A stretch of 64,000 nucleotides of DNA. Origin: Tubulanus polymorphus (taxonomy: Eukaryota; Animalia; Nemertea). Shown piece after piece: positions 40,401 through 52,400 of this stretch. The first letter of the stretch is position 1; every line of letters starts with the position of its first letter. A program made the translations under genes and the position numbers. The notes under the pieces are model-generated. The model saw nothing but the letters and a program-made list of their open reading frames with translations, was not told the origin of the DNA and ran no database searches. The stretch covers positions 12,545,947-12,609,946 of the forward strand of contig NC_134030.1 of NCBI RefSeq assembly GCF_964204645.1, in the 5' to 3' direction.

Positions 40401-43400
40401 CCCGACAGTGCTTTTGTAACGATGATTCTTCAAAATACGCACGGGGTATTTGTAGATCGAAGTGAGCTGAATGATATCAGACGGATTGTATCGACAACAG
40501 CGTCAAGGTAACAAAGCTTTTGTTCTTTTAGTAAAAATAGTGTGGAAGAAAATAATAATAATAATAATCACGCGGATATCAATAGGGTTTTCTGTGAAAT
40601 AACAGAAAACCCTAATAATCACGCGAATTTCAATAGGGTTTTCTGTGAAGACACAGAAAACCCTAATAATGATAAGAAACACGCGAATCTCAATAGGGTT
40701 TTCTGTGATGTAACAGAAAACCCTAATAATTTCATTTGTATAGTGCCCTTTCCGTTGTGTAAAAATTTTTAACGGCGCCATTGATAGCTAAACTTTATAT
40801 GCAGCTTTGAACAGGATTTAGGTTTGCATCTGAATGACAGAACTGATGTCTCTGAAAGGAGTGATGGTGGTAGAGAATTCCAGAACATGGCATGAGCAAC
40901 AACTTTGTAACTGATTGCAGTTACAAAATATGCATAAGTACCAATATGAATAGATAAATTGTATAAGATTTAATATTTAACTCCACTCCAAGGCAAGAAC
41001 AAAAGATTGGGTGATCCCATTGCTATGTGATATGTATCCCATGAGCGTGCTAATGATAATCAAATATTAAGACTAGAATTCAAAAAGCTATAGACATTTT
41101 CCTCTGAAAGTCTTTTTCCATCTACGGATGAGGATCTGATATACTAAAGATCTCCTCCCAAAGAACACAAATGACAAATTTCAATAGAAAATAGCGACTT
41201 ATGAGGTAGGAAGCTACAAGCCTCGAAATTCTGGCCAAAATAGATCTTTTGGGCACAGAAGGTGACAGGATGGCTATCGGTGGCTGATTGACCTAATTTT
41301 ACTTAAGATCATGGGCCCTTAAGGGATAAAGTACAGGGAAAATGTTTTTATCAACTACACTCTTATATTGAAGCAACGTATGCTAGCAATATAAGATGGG
41401 TCACCTCTGGAGAGGGTGCGAAAAAGGTTATCATGTAGAAGTCCAGGGAGACACCATGCCCACTTGGGAAGTGGTTTCAAATGCTCAACAATCTAACAAT
41501 TTCAATATTCAACGCCCCCTGGTGGCCATATACAAAAACCAATGACCTTGAAACTCACCACAATCATACAACACGTTAAGCTACAACTTTCTAATTCATT
41601 GCGGTAACAAAATATGCTTAGGTATCAATATAATGTGGAAAAACTTTTCCCACCTACGAATGAGTACTGATGACACCAAGATGGCCGCCAATTGCGTCAT
41701 AATTGGCTGATCAAAAATACCTGTCCCAGGTATAAAACATCCCTTTCCAAAGAATACCCATCAGCAATTGCAATGTGAAATGGCAAACCAGTAGGAAGCT
41801 ACAGGACTCAGAATTCAGGCCAAAATTGACATTTTTGGGCACTTAAAAAGTCATAGGACGGCCATCTTCAATCCGATCGACCCAATTTTGTTATGCTGAT
41901 GGGCCCTGTATTCAAATATATACGAACCATCAAGGTAATTGATCAAAGCGTCTTCAAAATTTCCCTCAAAAAGTTCAAAAATGTGTAAAAAGTGCTGATT
42001 TTGGCGAACAACAATGGCTGCCAGTCGGCCATCTTGAATCTGAGAGGGCCTGTTTTTGGGCTGAAGATGTGTCTAGGGTAGATACATGTGTAACCCAAAA
42101 ATCAAGACATTCCATTGAAGCGTCTTCAAAACTTCCCAAAATAACTGGCGGACGAACGTCTGGACGGACGAAAAGTGAACGCAATAGCCCGCTGGGGCTT
42201 AAGTACCAAGTGGGCTTAAAAGTCGTTTATCCTTACATAAATCCAGCCAGCTAAGCAATGGCTATGTACGAGAAATGTATTGAGGGAAATTTGCAACTAA
42301 CCTGATTAGGCTCAGTTGGGCTATTATCATTGCCAATCGCTGATAGTTCCGTTCTATCAACAACAACATTCGCCTTTCCATGTTTTTTATCACTGTCAAT
42401 AAAATGTGACGCGATTGCTTCCATAATGAATTCTATCCTAGTTTCATCACTTATGTCTGAGTCAAAGGTTGTTAACTTGAATAAGGGTCCAAGCATACCT
42501 ATATTCATTTGGGATCTTCTAACCAATTTGTAAATAGATACACTTCCAAAATACTACATGTATATTAACCCTTTAACCGGCAAGTATTTTTCGGCCTATG
42601 AGAGATTTTGGGCCTTGCAAGGGGAAAACTTAATAACTCAGTAGATATGAGGGATAACCCCATACTGTATGTTTTTTATGAAAGCTCTTTTTACAAGCTT
42701 TCAAATGATACCATGTTTGCGAACTTTGGGGGTTACCTTCAGGGTCTGACCCAAAGGTCACAGATCCCAAGGTCATCCAGATTTTTGGGCCACCCATAAT
42801 AAAAAACTGTCATGAGATTCATCCCAATATGAATTATCATCAGAATCTTTCATTACTATGTCCAAAATATCAGCCAAACTCACTAGAGAATGTCTTTAGT
42901 GCATTGGCCATTACTACTAACGATATTCTCAATTTTGGAAATCTGACCCACGTGACACGTGGTTTCCATACCCCCTTCTACATGCCAAATGTACGATATA
43001 TCACATTCCTGCCTTGTTAGACATTGTAGGCCGTCTGGTGTTGCCATCTGCTGATAGGAAAATGAGTTAGAATGCTTCACTGAAATCAATACTTGACTAT
43101 TCTATTCACTATAGCTGGTCTATTCAAATCAGTGAAATGAAACCATGGAAATAACACTGACTTATGTCGATTTGTAGGCTGTAGCCTATACAACTGATCA
43201 GCTTCAGTATACACAAAGGCTGTAGCAGATACATATTTCAAAAAAATTCCAATCAAAATCCAGTATGATTTGCAGGTAAATTGAGCGATCAAGTCTTTTC
43301 ATCAATTTTCTTATTTTGCAAATGAAAGACCAGGTTAACTCCAAAAAATAAATGTACCAAATAATCATCTAGATAAAGCAAAGTTAACATTGTTGTAAAG

Positions 43401-46400
43401 GATACATGAAATAGGATGACTGAGTCAGGACCACAAAGTCATCCTCAATTGGAAATTTTGTCTCAAAATCAACAATAAACCTGAAATACAGAACAATTTG
43501 ATAAGTTGAACAAAATTTTCAGATTTCAAAAGAAAATTGATAAGCACCTGTAAAATGATATCTAATCCGTGGCACGCATAAAATTGTATGACCAAGTTCT
43601 AAAATTCTAGCATTTTAGCATTTCATCCAAACGTATATCATTTTGAAAAACAGCAGACTCCACTTGTCTTTGATCTCGTGGGACCAATAAATATTTTCCT
43701 AAGTAAATTCCAGGGTAACTGGACTGATGATAGATCGCTATCACAATTTCATGAATAAAATCTTCAACTTCCTAAATCGTCAGTAATCAGGATGAATAAT
43801 CTTAACTTTGCTCCAATGTCAATACAATTTTTCACCATTGTAACTATCATAGTGAATTCTTTTGTTATCGCCATGAAGTAGGTTACAGGTCCTACGTACA
43901 CGTAGGTCCACGTGAAAAACCTAAAGTGCATATAGCCTAAATCCTACGTAAATCACAAAATAATTTTACACGTGATCATCAGAATAGCGGGGAAAAGATT
44001 GTTTGTCCAAAAGGAATATCGCTGAAGATTTTGAGCGGAGCATGGATTTTATTTGAAAATTAATTGTAACACGAAAATCGTTAACTTTTTTCCTGGAGAA
44101 CAATAATCCATGGCAGGCAGACTCTGCAGAGTAAGCATTATAGAGCTGGCAGAACCTGTTCGTCAAGTCGAGCCATCTACCAGGCTATTCAAACAAACAT
44201 ATCAACATTGGTATAACCCCTTTCATTATCTTCGGTCAAAATGTTTTTTAGTATTCAGTATATTTTTTCAGTATGACAGTCTTACACAACATTTAGTACA
44301 GTGCAACCTCATTATGACGAACTCGGATACAACGATTCATCGGATATAACAAATATAGAATTTTGTCCCAAGTAAGGCAATTTAATCATTTTCATACTGG
44401 ATATAACGAACTATCGGTTATTAAGAATGTATTTTCTGGTCCCGTGAAGTTCGTTGTAACAAGGTTCCACTGTACTTCAATATCTTAATCAGTATTTTCT
44501 GATATAGCACCTTGCAATTATCAGTATCAAGTTCAATAACATCTCAAAAGAGGTGAAACATATCACAATCAATTCGGACAAATACTCAAAATTTTGAACC
44601 TGAAGACTCTTGCGACATCTATCGGATGCCAGGACATAAAGATACGTGCAAAACATTTAAAGGGTGAATCCATGAGGACTTACTGAAATCACTATACGTA
44701 ATATTCCTCAGTTTCCTATGAGATATGGTTCTAAAAAGCACAAGGCCATGAAAAAGCACAAGTCATTAAGAAAAGTCAACTAGAAAATTGAAATCATATC
44801 AGACATTGATAGCCCAAATGAATCATTAGAGCGGTGAGTGATCACTAGATCCCAAGTAACTTGTGAATTCCACCAAAATCTGAGCATCATAATAAAAGGT
44901 AGAAAATCAGCCAATCACCTTAACTTCATGCATATTCTCTTACAAAAAAATGAAACAATTTCATCGTAAATTGTTGAGAAAAATGTGAATTTTACCTCTT
45001 TTCACCGAGTGTAGCATTCCAGAAATGCAAAAATCCTTCAACACATTCTTCAATGATTTGATCAGTCCCACTAAAAAAGAAAATAAATGGAATATGCAGT
45101 TCGAGCGCATGGCTAATTTAAATTAGCATATCAAGGTCATCCATCCGATTTGAGAAAGAGCTATTTTTCGCAGACTTAGCATAACTGTCCTGTCCTGTGG
45201 CATGGTGGATAAGGTGTTTGAGTGGGTTCAAATCCTAGTGAAACCATGTTATTCAGGCATGACACATATCAGTGCCAGTCGACTCAGTGATTTAACAACA
45301 AAAATCGTACCTGGCAAATATCTTCAACATGATGAAGTTGGCCAGTAAGGGGGTAGAACTAGAATTTTCAACGATATTTTCTGTAGTGCAACTATAAATA
45401 TTCCTCTCAAAAACCAAATCAACTTAAGACTTAACAGAAATCGATCTTGAAATACAATTTGAAATCTTAAAATAAAACCCAGAAGTAAAAGTGTAGCTGA
45501 TTTCTGCAGCTTAGACAATCATAGAGGAGTCTGCTTTCTGATTGGTTAATTAATGTCCATGCATTCGCGAATAGTTACCTATTTTTAATGATCTCCTGAA
45601 TGGTGCACTCGTTCAAGACTTGATGAATGATATCAAGAAGAGCCGTCCGTATTCGCTGCAGTTTATAACGTAATGCCTCTTGCATGCAGACAGATTCATT
45701 TTGATGAATTTTTATGGTGGATTTCAAAGCAGGTACCATTGTAGCATAAAACTTAGACAACCTATAATATCATCAATACATTGAAGGATGCCGGTATTCT
45801 TCAGAAATCATCCCCTTCCCTGGGGCTCAACAACACTTACATAATATGAAATTCATGATTGTAGAAATATCGACATGATGTAGGGATAACTAAGAAGAAT
45901 GCCAATAAAGTTTCACTTGTATCCTGTAGGTAAGACAGAATATCCGATAGTTTTTCCACCGACTTTTTTGCCAGCAACTCATGCTTGCCAATGGAGAGCT
46001 TCTGTGGAGACTGATCGGTAGGAGAGTACGATTCTACGCCGCATTGTTCTATTACGCTTGCAAAAACCTGTAATATAGAAAAGAAAGCCCCTGAACCTAG
46101 CTATTTCCGATGCAGCACATCCACATTCAATAGGCAATATCGGCATCTCAAGAAGTACAGGTCAAGCCCCTAAATTAATGCTGTTTAAATACACCGAAAA
46201 ATGCTACATTAATACTGTTGCCATGTGCTGTGTCTACAACTGATCAATCAAATCTCAAGGATGATCTTTTTGCAATTCATGAAACTAGGGGTCCAGGGAC
46301 ACCATGCCCACTTGGGAAGTGGTTTAAAATGCTAAAAAATCTGACAAATCTGACAAATCCAATATTCAATGCCCCCTGGTGAACATTACTGAAACCAGTT

Positions 46401-49400
46401 ACCTTGAAACTCACCCCCCAGAAAATCTTAGAAATTAAAAGCGTTTTCCGAGCATTTAGATCGATCTTGAACCCATGAACGACTATCATATTTTGGAAGG
46501 AAATGATGTCATCATTCGATGACATTCAGCATTACGGGTCGAGCCCTGAATTATTGCAGTTAAAATACGCCGAAGAATGCTCACTAAAATTCATCACAGT
46601 GTATAATATCTAAAGGCGTTCGCGCGGCAACAGTATTGAGTAGGCCTATATACATTACTCCTGTTGCCGCGCACGTGTCTGCAACCGATCGATAAAATAC
46701 GTACACATCATAGTAGATACAAAATGCAGTGTTATAATAAATGCGCCTTGAAATGCAATATACGCAACGATAAAAAAACAGGCGCTGAATGCTTTTACGG
46801 TTCACCCGATTACCAATCGCGCCAGACCAGCTGAGTAAGACCATCATCGCCCCCCTATACTTTTAGGTCGTTTCTGGAATATTTGGAAAATTGATATTTT
46901 TCAATACTGAAATCCGCAGGAAACCGCCGATGGATCCGCAGGAATTCTCATCTCTGTGAATACCAATCATGAATTTCAATGAAAAATGGCAAACCATTCG
47001 AAAAAAAATCACAAAATGACCATCTCGAGTCTGATGGACGCAAATTCCCCCATGCTGGTGGCTCCCGGGGGAGATAAAATATATATATGAAAGATAAAGC
47101 TAATTGATTAATATCAGCAAAGATTAATATCAGTTTGATGTGGAAGCCATGTTTGATCTATAACAAATGTATCGAAGATTCTGATTGGTGGTTGAAATCT
47201 TCAAACAAACAATTGAAAGCGGATTCGAATCCTTGAAGCAGCAGCTATTTTTCTCGGTAGAAAGATTTTTCAATAGTTATGATTTTATTCGAATATAAAG
47301 TAATACATTAACGGGCATTCGACATTTTGGATCCATTGGTAGTGATTTATTGAATAGTTTTGATTGACGATTTGTCGGCCTACGCATCACCTGCACATCA
47401 GTCTGATCATTACTGCTATGCGCTGCTCAATAGACCACGTGCACGCAGTAGTGTGTAGACGCTGCTCACTAGTGTGAGGCGCATGTTTGAATGCTATTGT
47501 ACATCGTTCCACTATTTTTTTATTCATATCGTGTCAGCACGTGGTCGCCTACAATACTGTACTTCAGTACGCGGTACGGTATCGATTTTCTAGATGTACG
47601 CTCAGGCAAGCCACGGCAAGTAGATTATTATGGATCTCGTGACCACAAGTGGCATAACCGATTATAACCCCATGCCCCTTTATTCTAACATCAAATCTTT
47701 ATCGATCTCAGAGACCATAATTTTTTTTTAAAAGTCGGAATTCCGATTAAAGTCAGAAGATTTGGATCCCTGATATAAATAGCGAAATAATTCAAAATTC
47801 AACTTCCCCTGTGGTGACAACAAAAACCTGGGTTACCCCAATTCCACATGAGGAGATAAATCCTATGACAGCGATAACATTTATCAAATATCAAAACTAT
47901 AAATCAAAACCTGTCGATATTCTCCACAAAAAACCTTTTTCTATCTACAAGTGAGGAGTGATTACACTAACAACAAGATGGCTGCCACTTGCGTCAGGCT
48001 TGACTGATCAAAAAATCTGTCTGGTATGTTTAAGAGCTTGTCTCAAAGTTTAAGCATCACAAATTTCGATGAAAAATGACAACCCATTCAGTAGCTACAG
48101 GTCTCGAAATTCATGACAAAAATGACCTTTTTGGCACAAAAAAGGTCACACTTCAATTTCACTCATGCTGATGCACCATGGAGGGATACACATATGTATG
48201 AAAGATCAAGATAATTAATCAAACAGGGATGTGAACAAGGTAAAAACATTTTGGCTGGTAGAATTATTTGTGCCCTAAGGGCACGTAACGAGGCCGCAGG
48301 CCCTCGTTCCGTAGAGATATAACAAAGGGTGGCCGAAGAAATCCTGTCTGACATGCTCTTATTACATCCACACCAATAAAACTAAACTAAACTCATATTC
48401 AATTCATAACTCACTTTTAAAACTCTAATTCAATGCAACTTAAAATTCACAACATAATTATACTAACAAACTTAATTTTATTCAAACTTAGTTAATTCAA
48501 GCTTAATTAATTACCAATTTAAAATTCATAAGATATCATACAAACGAACTATCAAGTCTACCACAGAAATATATTGCAAACCTCAGATAACAATCAAACT
48601 TGTCATGGACTTGGCTTCCCGCTCTAGTGTTTTCCTTTCATTTTCTGTGGCTTGTTGTTTTGCCTTACGGGCACTTAGCGCACGTGGTTTTGTACCATAC
48701 TGGGCAAGCCTTTTTTACGTTCTTCCTGCACATTCTGCTTCTTGGCTTTCCAGACTGAAGCTGCCAACCGGACTCCCTGACAAATATGTCTGTTGATTGG
48801 CCCATACTTAATACTTAATGTCAGTCCGTTTAAAATATTGAATTGCTGAGACTTTCTTCTGGTGGAAATTATTTGCATGTTTGATATGCAGCATGAGTCT
48901 CAGTTTTCACATTAGTAGACTTATTGTCAATGATGTCTCCAAGAATATTGAAACTACTAAAAAACAACAGCAAACAGGCCTTTATACAGGTTCGTTTTGT
49001 GCACATAAAACCACCACTGAATGATATCACCAGTAGTAGAATCATACTTTCAGTTCACAAGAAAATTAAATTCGGAAAAGCAAGTATTTAGAGGTTGAAT
49101 TTCATTTTCATTTGTATTTTATACACTGCCTACACTTTCGACATCGTTCTAAACTGACGATGTTTAGATAAGAGTTCAAGGTCGCCATGATGAAATGGAA
49201 TATTAATTTGTTAGGCGACAATTAGAATCCAGGATGGTGATAAAATAGTTTCTTATAGTTTGGAAATGTTTCAAAATTAACTAATGCTAAAAATACAAAG
49301 AGAAAGAAAAGCGTGCCAATAATCAATACACAGCAGTCTAATAATAGACTGCAGGCGCGCGGCATTCAACGTATACACTATACATTCAACACGTGGATAC

Positions 49401-52400
49401 AAACAATGAGCACTAATCCGGTAATTTACTATCAGAAACAACAGATCCCAAATGGTGATTGTTGAGATATAATGATTTGACAATCTATAACCTACCAATT
49501 TTCATGATGGATTCCGATGCGATTGCCGATATCATCTCGCACGAAAAACAAGAACCAAATCTCCGTCGCTGCTACTCTTGGTTTCCGTCAGTGAGCACTC
49601 GCTTACCGCGGCGGATTCTCCGCGATCTTGGAGGGTGGAAGTCGAACCCCCCTAAATTATTTTAACGGATTTGCGCGAATTGGGAAGACCACAAAATTCG
49701 GCAACAAAATGGCGGATTCCCGCCATTTGGCGTGATATTCACATCCTTGTGAAAACGCTTTGATTCAAAGCGTCACCATTGCCCTTCAAAACTTCACAAA
49801 TGTGTAGAAAGTGCTGATTTTGGCAAACAACAATGGCTGTCAGTCAGCCATCTCGATTCTCAAAGGGCCAGTTTTCAGGGAGATGTGACTAGGGTACATG
49901 TATATAGGTACCAAAGATCAAGATAATCCATTGGAGCATCTTCAAAACTTTCCGAAACAACTGGATTCCGTCTACGGACAGACGAACAAAAATGAATGCA
50001 AATGGCCCCCCTGAGACGTATGTCTCATATGGGCTAAAAATGTATAAAAGTGCTATTTCAGCAAATATGAATAGCTGCCAGTCAGCCATCTTGAATCTGA
50101 TAGGGCCAGCTTTTTGGGCTGAAGATGTGTCTAAGGTAGATATACGTATTCAACTAGATTCAATATATGGACAAAAGAAAATTGAACGCAATAGCCCAAG
50201 TAGGCTACAAATAAAAGAAAAAGAATCTAAACTAAATTTCGAGTAAAAGAAATACCTCTGGACTGTATGTTAACCTCAATTTCATAGCAAATACAGCAGC
50301 GGATCCAGGGCCGGTGCACAGGGGGCACGTGCCCCCCCCTAAGTCCTCGCTAATTTCTTATGGTCTGACCTTTTAGTGAGAACGAAGACAAGCATGTGAA
50401 AAATCCCGCTGAAATTGCTTAAGCTTATGTCGTCATTTACAGTTACCAGCGCTTTTCTGCAGCAGTCCTACATGTTCATGTCGTTTCATTGGCCGGTGTT
50501 CATTGGGTTTAGTCGTTTTGAATTCTAACAATCCAAATTGCGAGTTAAATCGTACTCTGATCGTGCCCAGAACGTGTCTCTGCGCGTCCAATTTTTTAAA
50601 ATTTTCTGGGGGAGGACCCGCAGACCCCCCTATTTAGATTTGTGCACCCCCCTCCATGGAATCCTGGATCCTCCGCTGAAATACCAGGAATGAAACCAAC
50701 TACTATAACTGAACACTCCAACACATTTTTCATACCCATATGCATGCGTAAAGTATTCACTCATTCACCTGATGAAACTATTGGTACTATACACTAATAA
50801 CGAAAGCTTGTGCGTCAAATATACTAGTTAAACCTATAAAGTTTGACTTGTCTCCCTGTATTTATAAAGCATAAAGTCTTGAATGTTATCAATTCTGTGT
50901 AAAAGCAAACATGCTTACCTGAAATAGTGTAGGAACAATGGCGCGAAGGTCATCATAATATTTTGGCTGTTGATTGAAGATGTTTTCAATCATCTTAGAT
51001 AGGAGAGCTATATTGCCATTCTTGTACAATGCACATAAATCCATCAACTTGGGAATATCAAAGATGAAGTTTTCATATATAATTTCACCAAATACGGATG
51101 GCTTGATGTGACTTTCTATCGATTCTTTATGAGTAGCCATCCGTAAACAGACCATAAATATTCGTCGATGAATGTCTTGATGGCATTTCACTGCGGACAA
51201 AGGCAGACATGAGGCATAATTCTCATCATAGTACCTATTGGATATACAATAACCAGTATAAACCATCATAGCTTTTGTATCATCTTATTTTTGGTTATTC
51301 TGCAGTGGAACTAAGATTATAACATTATCCAACTTCTATTTTATATTTTGTATATAATTCATATCTGTTTGTTCGTTTTGCCTATTGTTGTTCAGATCTT
51401 GGTTTCCATAAGACTGACCCCATTCGATTGTTCATTCAACTTTACGATTGGATGGCTTTTTAAGTATTGTCTGCAACCTGTAAGTAGCCAGCAGGTCTTG
51501 AACACTCTTATGACTCTTGATAGTGAATAAAGCAGCATCACCCCTAGTCCCGCTGAAGTCACTTATACTATTGCATCTTGCAAGAAAGTATTTTGACCCC
51601 TAGTTGATTTACTGATGTTTTTTCAGTACAGAACATAGGATCCAGGATATGGGCTTTGTTACATATATGCATGGTAAAAAAATCCAGATCAACAATATGT
51701 ATGACTAGCCATTTAAAAACCATCAAAATTACCACCGACATATAGATTTTTAAGGCAAATAAATAGAAAATACAGATGCAATGCAGCCATAAAACATTTG
51801 CTATAGTTAAAGATACTAGTTGTAGTGTGCCACCTTATGGCCACCTTATTTCCAGCCTTGTGGTCGTAATCAAGTATACTATACTAATTCTGTAAATTAC
51901 CACATTCTACATTCATGGATGCATGCATGTATCAGATATAGTACACCTTTTCTACAATTCATAGAGGGGCCACTTACAAGTGTTTGACTGTATTAAGTTG
52001 AACTATAACTTACCTAGGAGCAGATTGTAAATATGATTCTATGCATTTGTGCAAAGTCTCATCAAATATCACTTGGCACCAAAATTGTTGATGAGGCATA
52101 CACAACAAACAGCGAAGATCTTCGTTAATAAAAGCCAATCGTTCTTTAAACTCTTCAACATGACCTTCATCTTCAAGGTTAGCTGGAGGTGGATGATACA
52201 CCACAAATTTCAAATCCGTCTTCCATCGTAGGTGCTGTAATGAAAAATAGACTGTTGCAGTGTGTGACAACATAAACTTGAGGGATCGTCAAGCCCACTT
52301 GCAAAAAGGAAAATCTGATAACATCAATATTCATCATCCTTTGGTGATAGTTCCCAGAAAACGATGGCCTTGAAAATCATTGCAAGAAGAGATTAATTGT

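Noticed and set aside
35249-42254. Triplicated small ORFs and ORFs in family-A/B ends (also 443-880, 12436-12753, 22662-22949, 58690-59032)
   Set aside because: Chance translations of non-coding repeats, with variable frames among copies.
44500-44900. Alternative candidates for ASCC2 exon 7
   Set aside because: AG-bounded frames hit stops or lack similarity; 43406-43480 fits homology and phase.
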